Shown here: in pieces, positions 56,721 through 64,000 of the stretch
Numbering within the stretch: the stretch's first letter is position 1
Layout: every line of letters begins with the position of its first letter
Source: Candidatus Rokuibacteriota bacterium
Lineage (GTDB): Bacteria; Methylomirabilota; Methylomirabilia; Rokubacteriales; CSP1-6
Assembly: GCA_003220685.1 (NCBI GenBank)
Contig: QHTE01000052.1
Span: 270,407-334,406, forward strand
Reading direction: 5' to 3'
DNA: 64,000 nucleotides
Notes under the pieces: model-generated
What the model was told of the DNA's origin: nothing
Seen by the model: the letters and a program-made list of their open reading frames with translations, nothing else
Databases searched by the model: none
Program-made: the position numbers and the translations under genes

Positions 56721-57449
56721 CTACGGGCGCAAGGGGCCGCGATCGACCGCGAAGAGATGCGTCTCCCCCGGAACGCCATTCAGGGTATGGAGCCCTCGGT
56801 CGTCGAACTTCAGTCCCGAGCCGGCGACGAGGTCCTTGACAGTGTTCGAGACCAGAACCTCGCCGCGCTTGGCCATGCCGACGATGCGCGCTCCGATGTG
56901 CACCGCGATGCCGGTGAGCTTGGAGCCGCTCACCTCGCACTCGCCGGTGTGAAGCCCCGCGCGTACTTCCAGCCCCAGCCGCGTGACGCCCTCCGCGATC
57001 GCGCAGGCGGCGCGCACGCCGCGCGCAGGGCCGTCGAACGCTGCCAGGAACCCATCGCCCGCGGTGTCGATTTCCCGGCCACGGAAGTGCGCCAGGCGGT
57101 CGCGGACAAGCGCATTGTGGGCGTCGAGCAGGTCCCGCCAGCGCCGGTCGCCTATTTCGAGGGCCTTGCGCGTGGAGCCGACGATGTCGGTGAACAACAC
57201 CGTGGCGAGCACGCGGTCCGGCTCCGGACCGCGCCGCACTCCTGTCAGGAACTCTTCGATCTCGAAGAGGATCAGTCGCGAGAACGAGGCGAGCCGCTCG
57301 AAAAACCGAGCCACTCGCGGCTCTTCCCAGAAGACGTCGATGTTCGAGATCCAGCCGGGCACCACGACGAGGTCACGGGGCCCATCGCCCACCACCTGGT
57401 AGGCGATGTTGACATCACCGCTGCGCGCGTAATGCGTCTCCGGCGCCAC
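56721..57449 (-). CDS. Class III adenylate/guanylate cyclase with a vestigial alpha/beta-hydrolase N-terminus
   Basis: N-terminal THYARSGDVNIAYQVVGDGPRDLVVVPGW...FSRLILF runs directly into EIEEFLTG and the cyclase core (VLFTDIVGST, GDGFLAAF, GLHTGECEV). Confidence 0.85.
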   Translation of the reverse strand: MAPETHYARSGDVNIAYQVVGDGPRDLVVVPGWISNIDVFWEEPRVARFFERLASFSRLILFEIEEFLTGVRRGPEPDRVLATVLFTDIVGSTRKALEIGDRRWRDLLDAHNALVRDRLAHFRGREIDTAGDGFLAAFDGPARGVRAACAIAEGVTRLGLEVRAGLHTGECEVSGSKLTGIAVHIGARIVGMAKRGEVLVSNTVKDLVAGSGLKFDDRGLHTLNGVPGETHLFAVDRGPLRP

Positions 57450-57515
57450 GGCGAAAGACTAACTCATCGGGAGCGGGCGTGCCATTTGCGCTAGCATCCC
57501 CCCGGGAGGTGCGCC

Positions 57516-58145
57516 GTGAGGTACTACGACATCTCGCTCAATCTCTCGACCGACACCGTGCGCTGGGTCGTCGCGCCGCCGCTCGAGGTTCACGAACGAC
57601 GGCGAATCAGCCGGGGCGACGAGGTGAACGCTTCCGCCCTCACCGTGAGCGTTCACGCCGGCACGCACGTCGACGCGCCGCTCCACTTCGTGCCGGGCGG
57701 GGTCAGCATCGATGCTGTCCCGCTCGAGCGGTTCGTCGGCCCCGCGGTGGTGCACCAGGTCGACGCCGACCGGTTCATCACCGAGGCGCACGTGAAAGCG
57801 ATCGCACTGGATGGGGCCAGACGCGTCCTGTTCAAGACGCGCAACTCCGAGCTGCTGAAGCGCCGCGAATACGACCCGAACTTCGTCGCGTTCTCGGTGG
57901 AAGCGGCGCGCGCCCTGGTCGCGCGCAGAGTGGAGCTGGTCGGTCTCGACTATCTCTCCGTGGCGCACGCCGACCAGCAAGTTCCGGTGCACCGGGCGTT
58001 CCTGGACCACGGCGTGGTGCTCCTCGAAGGCGTCGACCTGTCGGAAGTGGCGCCCGGGCGCTACGAGCTGATCTGCTTTCCGCTCCGGCTCCGCGGCCTC
58101 GATGGCGCGCCGTGCCGGGCCGTGCTCCGGGACTTGACAGGCTGA
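57516..58145 (+). CDS. Cyclase family protein (kynurenine formamidase-like)
   Basis: GTG start after GGGAGG. HAGTHVDAPLH motif. Confidence 0.85.
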   Translation: MRYYDISLNLSTDTVRWVVAPPLEVHERRRISRGDEVNASALTVSVHAGTHVDAPLHFVPGGVSIDAVPLERFVGPAVVHQVDADRFITEAHVKAIALDGARRVLFKTRNSELLKRREYDPNFVAFSVEAARALVARRVELVGLDYLSVAHADQQVPVHRAFLDHGVVLLEGVDLSEVAPGRYELICFPLRLRGLDGAPCRAVLRDLTG

Positions 58146-58176
58146 GGCGGTCCGGGCGCCGAGCCAGCTGGCGCGT

Positions 58177-59379
58177 CTACGGCTTCGGGGGCTTCCAGAA
58201 CTGGTCCACGTCGTTGACGACGTCGAGCACCGTGTTCTGGAGCTTGCCGCCCACCTTGTCCACGCGCCGGATGTAGGTCGGGATAATTGCGTTCTGCTTC
58301 TCGTCGAAGCGGAAGGCGCCGCCCGGCGCCTCGAAGCTCACCTTGCGCAGGGCCGCGAGGAAGCGCGCCTTGTCCTCGACATTCGCGTTGACGGCCTTCA
58401 TCGCCTCCCCGCCCGACTTCGCGGCCAGGTAACCGAGGTGGTTGTTGTAGACGGGATCCTTGCGGAACTTCTTGTTGAACGCCTGGACGAAGCGCTTGTT
58501 CTCCGCGGTGTCGAGCACGGGTGAGTACGAGAGCCAGCTGACCACGCCCAGCGCGGGGTCGCCGACCGAGCGCAGATAGGTCTCGTTCACCGTCTCGCCG
58601 AGCGTCAGCAGCGGCAGCTTGCCCTTCAGGCCGTACTCGTTCCACGCCTTGAGCCACTGCGGCGCGCTCGGTCCCCAGAGGATGCCGACGACGGCGTCGA
58701 GCTGAGGCGCCTTGTCTTGGACACGAGTGATGTACGGTGCGACGTCCATCGCCCCGAGCGGCATCAGCACCTTGTCGACGGACTGGCCGCCGCCTTCCAT
58801 GAAGGCCTTGATGAAGCCGTCGGCCTGCTCGTGGCCGGCGACGTAGTCGAGCGCGACGACCGCGATCCGCTTGTGGCCGAGCTTGGCCGCCACGTACCAG
58901 CCGCCCCCCGCCTCCTGCTGATAGCTCGACATCGCGCTGCGGAAGAGCGATGGGCTGGCCTTCTCGGCGGTCAGGCTGTTCGCCGTGGCCTGCGTGATGA
59001 TCGTGGGGATCGCCCGCTCGTGGACGTAGTCGCGGAAGGCCACGGCCACGGCGCTCGACACCGGCCCCAGGATCAGGTGGACGCGATCGGACTCGACGAG
59101 CTTCCTGATCTTGGTGAGCCCGACGTCCGCTTTGCCCTCGTCGTCCTCGACGAGCAGCCGCACGGGCCGGCCCGCCACCTGGCTGCCCATCTCGTCTTCC
59201 CAGTAGAGCCGGATGCCCTCGTTGATCTCCGTGCCGTTGACGGCGAGCGGGCCGGTGATGGCGTTGAGCAGGCCGATCCTGATCGGCTCGCGCTGCGCCT
59301 GGGCTACGAGGGCCACGCCCGCCAGCGCCAGCGCGACGACGAGCCCTACCAGCACGCGAGAGACCGTTTTCCGTCGCAT
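58177..59379 (-). CDS. LivK-like (type I periplasmic) ABC substrate-binding protein
   Basis: 400 aa with a signal peptide. IRIGLLNAITGPLAVNG start is typical of the family. Strong SD GGAGGGAGGA. Confidence 0.9.
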   Translation of the reverse strand: MRRKTVSRVLVGLVVALALAGVALVAQAQREPIRIGLLNAITGPLAVNGTEINEGIRLYWEDEMGSQVAGRPVRLLVEDDEGKADVGLTKIRKLVESDRVHLILGPVSSAVAVAFRDYVHERAIPTIITQATANSLTAEKASPSLFRSAMSSYQQEAGGGWYVAAKLGHKRIAVVALDYVAGHEQADGFIKAFMEGGGQSVDKVLMPLGAMDVAPYITRVQDKAPQLDAVVGILWGPSAPQWLKAWNEYGLKGKLPLLTLGETVNETYLRSVGDPALGVVSWLSYSPVLDTAENKRFVQAFNKKFRKDPVYNNHLGYLAAKSGGEAMKAVNANVEDKARFLAALRKVSFEAPGGAFRFDEKQNAIIPTYIRRVDKVGGKLQNTVLDVVNDVDQFWKPPKP

Positions 59380-59397
59380 CGTCGTATCCTCCCTCCC

Positions 59398-60498
59398 ATG
59401 ACCAGCAACCAGCTTCGACTCGGGCTCTTCGGCGCCAATTGCTCGAGCGGGAGAACCTACGCCGTGCTCCCGGAGCGTTGGCAGGCTAGCTGGGAGAATA
59501 ACCTCAAGCTAGCGCAGATGGCAGACGAGATCGGGATCGAGTGCATGGTGCCCATCGCGCGGTGGAAGGGCTACGGCGGCGATTCCAACCCCAACGGGTC
59601 GAGCTTCGAGTCGATCGCCTGGGCGTGCGGCCTGCTAGCGGCCACCCGTCGCCTCCACGTGTTCTGCACGGTCCACGTGCCCCTGCACCATCCGCTCGTG
59701 GCGGCCAAGCAGATGGCCACGGGCGACCACATCGGGCGAGGGCGCCTCGGCGTGAACATCGTCTGCGGCTGGAACGAGGACGAGTTCCAGATGTTCGGCG
59801 TGACCAAGAAGGAGCACGACGCCCGCTACGCGCAGGGCGAAGAGTGGTGGAGCATCGTCAAGAGGGTCTGGTCCGGCGAGGCTCGCTTCGATTTCGAAGG
59901 AACCTATTACCGGCTCCACGGTGTGGAGGGCGCGCCGCGGCCCTTCGGCAACGATCCGGTGATGATGAACGCCGGCAGCTCCGAGACCGGTCGCTTGTTC
60001 GCGATTCGCCACTCGGACATGCACTTCGATGCGGTGGAAACACCGGAGGCCAGCACGGCGCGTATCGCGGAGACCAAGAAACTGGCCCGCGAGCGTGGCC
60101 GCGACATCCAGGTCTGGACCCCTGTCGGGATCATCTGTCGCCCTGCCCAGAAGGAGGCCGAGGACTACTTGCAGCACGTCGTCGATCACGCCGACTGGGG
60201 TGCTATCGGATATCTGGCCGACATGCATGCGAAGGAGGGTCGCCGACCGAGCGATCCTCAGCGTCTGGTGCACAGCGGAGCCAATCCGCTCGCGCGGCGG
60301 GCGCTCGCGCGGGGGTCGTATTGCGTGGTCGGGGATCCGGACGCGGTCGTGAAGGAGTTCTCGCGGCTTCGGGCGGCGGGGCTCGACGGGCTGGCCATCA
60401 ACTTCGTGGACTATCTGAAGGAGCTGCCGTACTTCGCCGCGGAGGTGCTGCCGAGGCTGGAGCGGCTGGGGCTGCGGAGCGTGACCGGCTCTCGGTAG
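59398..60498 (+). CDS. LLM class flavin-dependent oxidoreductase
   Basis: In-frame ATG 59398. MTSNQLRLGLFGAN, GRGRLGVNIVCGW. The track start at 58717 is antisense to the LivK-like gene. Confidence 0.85.
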   Translation: MTSNQLRLGLFGANCSSGRTYAVLPERWQASWENNLKLAQMADEIGIECMVPIARWKGYGGDSNPNGSSFESIAWACGLLAATRRLHVFCTVHVPLHHPLVAAKQMATGDHIGRGRLGVNIVCGWNEDEFQMFGVTKKEHDARYAQGEEWWSIVKRVWSGEARFDFEGTYYRLHGVEGAPRPFGNDPVMMNAGSSETGRLFAIRHSDMHFDAVETPEASTARIAETKKLARERGRDIQVWTPVGIICRPAQKEAEDYLQHVVDHADWGAIGYLADMHAKEGRRPSDPQRLVHSGANPLARRALARGSYCVVGDPDAVVKEFSRLRAAGLDGLAINFVDYLKELPYFAAEVLPRLERLGLRSVTGSR

Positions 60499-60645
60499 AG
60501 GAGATGAGCCTCGAGCGCGACGTCCTGCCAGCCGATCCGCTCGACCGCAACGGCGTTCCACAGGGCCGGCACGTTCACGCTCTGCTCGCCGGCGGCCATG
60601 ATGGCCGAGTGACGGGGGCCCATTGAATCGAGGAGGAGGCTGGCG

Positions 60646-61605
60646 ATGAGCGAGATTACGCACCGCTCGGTGGAGACGAACGGCATCCGCATGCACGTGG
60701 CCGAGCAGGGTACCGGCCCACTCGTGATCCTGTGTCACGGCTTTCCCGAATCCTGGTACTCCTGGCGCCACCAGCTCGCCGCGCTCGCCGCGGCCGGCTT
60801 CCACGCGGTGGCGCCGGACATGCGCGGCTACGGACAGACCGACGCGCCGGCGGATATCGAGGCCTACACGCTCTTGCATCTGGTCGGCGACATGGTAGGC
60901 CTGGTCAACGCGTTGGGCGAGACATCCGTGGTGATTGCCGGACACGACTGGGGCGCGCCGGTCGCCTGGCACGCCGCGCTACTGCGCCCCGATCTATTCC
61001 GCGCCGTGATCGGTCTCAGCGTGCCGTTCCGGCCGCGCAGCACAGTGCGGCCCACGGCCGTCATGCCCCAGTCCGATGAGGCCGTCTTCTACCAGCTCTA
61101 CTTCCAGACTCCGGGAGTGGCGGAGGCCGAGCTCGAGCGCGACGTGCGCGCGACGATGCGCCGGCTAGCGTACTCCGGCTCGGGCAACGCGCCCGGCCGC
61201 GAGAACATCGCCATGGTCCGTCGGGGCGGTGGCTTTCTCGATCACACGACCGATCCGGACACGTTGCCGCCGTGGCTAACTGCCGCCGACATCGAGTTCT
61301 ACGCGGCCGAGTTCGGCCGCACCGGTTTTCGCGGTGGGCTCAACTGGTACCGCAACATCGATCGCAACTGGGAGCTGCTGGCGCCGTTCGCTGGCGCCGC
61401 CGTCACCGTCCCTGCGCTCTATGTCGCCGGCGATCGCGATCTCGTCGTGCGGTTCCCCGGAATGGATCAGCTCATCGCGAATCTGTCGACGTTCGTCCCG
61501 AAGCTTCGGCGAACCGTCATGCTGCCGGGTTGCGGGCACTGGACGCAGCAGGAGCGGGCGCGCGAGGTGAACGACGCTATGCTGGAATTCCTGAAGGGGG
61601 GTTGA
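60646..61605 (+). CDS. Alpha/beta hydrolase, epoxide hydrolase-like
   Basis: HGFPESWYSWRHQ and GHDWGAPVAW nucleophile elbow, plus C-terminal GHWTQQE. Confidence 0.9.
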   Translation: MSEITHRSVETNGIRMHVAEQGTGPLVILCHGFPESWYSWRHQLAALAAAGFHAVAPDMRGYGQTDAPADIEAYTLLHLVGDMVGLVNALGETSVVIAGHDWGAPVAWHAALLRPDLFRAVIGLSVPFRPRSTVRPTAVMPQSDEAVFYQLYFQTPGVAEAELERDVRATMRRLAYSGSGNAPGRENIAMVRRGGGFLDHTTDPDTLPPWLTAADIEFYAAEFGRTGFRGGLNWYRNIDRNWELLAPFAGAAVTVPALYVAGDRDLVVRFPGMDQLIANLSTFVPKLRRTVMLPGCGHWTQQERAREVNDAMLEFLKGG

Positions 61606-61732
61606 ACGGCGGGTAGGGTCAGCGCCGCTCCGACCAAAGGCGCATGCACTTCGCACCCAAGTCCGATTTGGCCTCTCACCTATCTGTGTTAGGAATTGAG
61701 CCCTCGGGCCAGAACCTCAAATCACAACACTC

Positions 61733-62122
61733 ATGCGAGTTTTATGTGCCTGGTGCTGTCGCGACGGCCAGCCCGGCTACCTGGGTGAGCGCGCGCCGCT
61801 GGACAACCCGGAGCCGACGCACGGAGTCTGTGCGCGCCATAAGGCCCAGCTTCTCGAGTCCCTGCCGTCGCGATCCCTTCCCGATGCAGACCTGCTCATC
61901 GTCGTCCACCGCGACAACATCGAGCTCTACGAGAAGTTCAAGCGGGTGTTCGCAGCCGTGTCTCGGATAAAGGTGATCCTGGACCGTCGCGTGGCGGATC
62001 GTCGAACGGTGCCCGGCCAGGAGTCGGACGAGCGCCGCCACGCGAGAAGCCGGCGAATTCGCGAAGGTGGGATTTCGTCCCGGGGCGGTTTCACGGTCGT
62101 GCGGTTCACGCCGAAAGACTAA
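61733..62122 (+). CDS. Unassigned small protein: N-terminal Cys/His cluster plus Arg-rich C-terminus (paralogue 1, 129 aa)
   Basis: MRVLCAWCCRDG...PTHGVCARH, LLIVVHRDN, VILDRRVADRR, RRHARSRRIRE, VRFTPKD. No SD. Gapless alignment with the downstream paralogue. Confidence 0.7.
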   Translation: MRVLCAWCCRDGQPGYLGERAPLDNPEPTHGVCARHKAQLLESLPSRSLPDADLLIVVHRDNIELYEKFKRVFAAVSRIKVILDRRVADRRTVPGQESDERRHARSRRIREGGISSRGGFTVVRFTPKD

Positions 62123-62159
62123 AAGTTTGGAGCTAGAGGGCAGACATCCTTAGCAGGGT

Positions 62160-62179
62160 CGCCGAGCTCGGGCGTTTTA
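62160..62179 (+). terminator. Weak hairpin plus T-tract after paralogue 1
   Basis: CGCC-GAGCTCG-GGCG followed by TTTTA. Short stem, so tentative. Confidence 0.25.
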
Positions 62180-62315
62180 CCCGAATCGGTGGGGGCCGAG
62201 CACGGCCGGGCCGTCGGCCCGAGCGCCGCTAAACATCGCCGCAACGCCCACTTTCACGCTCTCAGCACGAGCCAGGGTCGGGGTGGCACGACCTTCGCAG
62301 GCTTCCGGAATCGAC

Positions 62316-62738
62316 ATGCGGCGTTTATGTGCGTGGTGCTGTCGCGAGGGGCTGTCCGGCTACCTGGGTGAGCGCGAGCCGCTGGACAACCCGGAGCCGA
62401 CGCACGGAATCTGCGACCACCACAAGACCCAGGTCCTGGAGTCCCTGCCATCGCGATCGTTTCCTGATGTAGAGCTGCTCATCGTCGTGCGCCGCGAGAA
62501 CACCGCACTCTACGGAAAGCTCAAGCGGGTGTTCGCAACCTTCTCTTGCGTAGAGGTTATTCTGGACCGCCGCCTGGCTGACCGTCGAGCGGCGCCCGGC
62601 CAGGAATCGTCCGAGCCTCGCCGCACGAGAAACCGGCGGATTCGCGAACGGACGAATTCGCTCCTCGGCAGTTTCGCGGGCGTGCGGTTCACGCCGAAAG
62701 AACGGCCCGCGCCGGAACCGCTCGGAGTCAACGCGTAG
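62316..62738 (+). CDS. Unassigned small protein: N-terminal Cys/His cluster plus Arg-rich C-terminus (paralogue 2, 140 aa)
   Basis: In-frame ATG 62316 within track ORF 62283..62738. MRRLCAWCCREG...PTHGICDHH, LLIVVRREN, VILDRRLADRR, RRTRNRRIRE, VRFTPKE. Confidence 0.7.
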   Translation: MRRLCAWCCREGLSGYLGEREPLDNPEPTHGICDHHKTQVLESLPSRSFPDVELLIVVRRENTALYGKLKRVFATFSCVEVILDRRLADRRAAPGQESSEPRRTRNRRIRERTNSLLGSFAGVRFTPKERPAPEPLGVNA

Positions 62739-62739
62739 C

Positions 62740-63318
62740 TTATTTGGCCTTGCCAGCGGTCGTAGCTTCTCGGACTTCTTCCAATTTGCCTGTTCTTACA
62801 TCGTAAATGTACCCGTGGATCGGAATCGAGCTAGGAATCAGCGGATGGTTGCGAATGCGCCTCACGTCGGCGAGGACCGCGGCCGCATTATCCCTCATCG
62901 TGAGCCAATCAATGAACTCACCTTCCGTCGATCCGGGACCTTTCCCGACATCGCGAAAGCCGCTGGGCGTGAGCTCCGCGGTCTCGAGGCTACTGGCAAG
63001 GAGATTTCGCATCACCTCGTCGGTGAAGAACAGCATGCCGCAGTCAGTGTGGTGGATGACGAAGAACTCATTCGTGCCGAGCAGCTTGTAGGAGATGACC
63101 AGGGAGCGGAGCGCATCGTCGCTCGCGCGTCCGCCTGCATTGCGAATCACGTGGGCATCGCCCTCCGCGAGTCCGGCGTATTTCGCCGGATCCAGCCGGG
63201 CGTCCATGCACGTGAGAATCGTAAAGTGACGCGCCGGAGGTATGGTCAGCTTGCTCTTCGCGCCAAACGTCGCCGCGTAGCCCGCGTTCGCCTTCAGAAT
63301 TTCTGGTAGCACGCTCAT
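62740..63318 (-). CDS. Beta-class carbonic anhydrase
   Basis: CMDAR (CxDxR) and HTDCG zinc-ligand motifs. 192 aa. Confidence 0.9.
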   Translation of the reverse strand: MSVLPEILKANAGYAATFGAKSKLTIPPARHFTILTCMDARLDPAKYAGLAEGDAHVIRNAGGRASDDALRSLVISYKLLGTNEFFVIHHTDCGMLFFTDEVMRNLLASSLETAELTPSGFRDVGKGPGSTEGEFIDWLTMRDNAAAVLADVRRIRNHPLIPSSIPIHGYIYDVRTGKLEEVREATTAGKAK

Positions 63319-63331
63319 CGTTATTCTCCGC

Positions 63332-63496
63332 TCAGCTCTTCTTCGACGTCTGCACCATGAAACCCGCGAGTTGCGGCACGACCTTCGAGTTGTTGCACTT
63401 GGGACATTTCGCCTGACCCTTCTCCCGCTCCGCGATGGTCATGATCAATTCGAACGGCTCGTGGCACTTCTCGCATATGAACTCGTAGCGCGGCAT
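63332..63496 (-). CDS. FmdB-family zinc-ribbon protein
   Basis: Start [11 protein letters not shown] at complement ATG 63494-63496 after GAGGGA. Second CPKC pair. The track start at 63523 is an extension. Confidence 0.85.
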   Translation of the reverse strand: MPRYEFICEKCHEPFELIMTIAEREKGQAKCPKCNNSKVVPQLAGFMVQTSKKS

Positions 63497-63572
63497 GGTG
63501 ATCCCTCGTTTTTTCCCGCTCACCCAGGGAGGCGAGCGTCCACGCGGAAAAGTTGGAACGTGTCTACGCCAT

Positions 63573-64000
63573 CTACGATCCTGCGACCCCCGCCAAGCCG
63601 CGCTCCGGCACGAACTGACTGGTCGATTCCGTCAGCGTCGGGCCGCCGCCACACTCGCGCCGTAGCGTCGGCATCACCTCGGAGGCGAAGACCTGCATCT
63701 GCTCTTCGATTTCTTCCGTGGAGTAGCCGCCCGCCTCGAACCAGGCCGTGAACATGAAGTCGTCGTAGCCGCCGCGCTCCTTGATCAGCATGATCTTGTC
63801 GACGACCTCGTCCGCGGTGCCGACGATCGCGATCTCTTTCTGCATGATCAGATCGGCGGTGACTTTCATGTTCAGGTCGTACATCGGTTCACCCAGGTCG
63901 GACAAAACGGCGGCGAAGCCGAAGGGGCCGTAGTAGTCCCACTGCAGCTCGATCGGCTCCTTATAACGCTGCAGGTCTTCCCGCTCGTGGCCGGGACGAA
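63573..64000 (-). CDS. LLM class flavin-dependent oxidoreductase, N-terminal part outside the window
   Basis: The reading frame stays open to the right edge (my translation ...VPGHEREDLQRYKEPIELQWDYYGPFGFAAVLSDLGEPMYDL...). The C-terminal IVGTADEVVDKI block is typical of LLM proteins. Confidence 0.75.
   Translation of the reverse strand, partial: RPGHEREDLQRYKEPIELQWDYYGPFGFAAVLSDLGEPMYDLNMKVTADLIMQKEIAIVGTADEVVDKIMLIKERGGYDDFMFTAWFEAGGYSTEEIEEQMQVFASEVMPTLRRECGGGPTLTESTSQFVPERGLAGVAGS

Noticed and set aside
60411-60692. 93-aa minus-strand ORF spanning the LLM/epoxide-hydrolase spacer
   Set aside because: It overlaps both flanking gene ends and has no SD or motif. It is probably fortuitous, although the 147-nt spacer could hold a gene remnant.

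Overview
The window is a GC-rich, gene-dense chromosomal segment from a bacterium that probably has two membranes: it encodes an outer-membrane beta-barrel ending in Phe and an LPS-type GT9 heptosyltransferase. I support about 65 protein-coding genes or gene remnants. I found no rRNA, tRNA, CRISPR array, transposase or integrase. All family calls come from reading motifs in the six-frame translations; no database or HMM search was possible, and indel positions are good to a few nucleotides only.

Content from left to right:
- DUF993, a TrpB-like enzyme and a membrane/2Fe-2S adenylate cyclase.
- A UroD-like plus LLM pair.
- An unexplained three-gene operon (unknown exported protein, amidase-like protein lacking its nucleophile Cys, secreted beta-propeller).
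- An envelope/sugar block (GT9, IMPase, CMD, PMM/PGM, HAD).
- An array of 10 same-strand metal-handling genes at 14.3-22.8 kb: CopD-cytochrome c fusion, CusF-like, YVTN propeller, CopC, small His/Cys protein, porin, two tandem ZnuA-like binding proteins, ZnuB-like permease and a lipoprotein. It has no ATPase.
- Assorted hydrolases and oxidoreductases, including five amidohydrolases, five LLM-type oxidoreductases and two acyl-CoA dehydrogenases.
- An aromatic-type cluster: Rieske oxygenase, LigB-type dioxygenase, gentisate-dioxygenase-like cupin and an Amidohydro_2 protein.
- A hybrid histidine kinase.
- A tract of decayed genes at 43.7-49.9 kb.
- A NitT/TauT-type ABC operon.
- A visibly AT-richer right end with two tandem small proteins I cannot assign to a family, a beta-carbonic anhydrase and an FmdB zinc ribbon.

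Most interesting observations:
1. The tandem Cys/His-cluster plus Arg-rich paralogues at 61.7-62.7 kb.
2. The coupled operon at 6.0-9.4 kb with a Cys-to-Ala amidase homologue.
3. The ATPase-less Cu/Zn array with an unusual CopD-cytochrome c-thioredoxin-fold fusion.
4. A head-to-head junction of two truncated genes at about 49.53 kb, which is either an inversion breakpoint or an assembly chimera.
5. A 26-bp tandem duplication that frameshifts the gentisate dioxygenase homologue, plus several other frameshifted genes.
6. Homology-supported N-termini that lack any ATG/GTG/TTG start codon.
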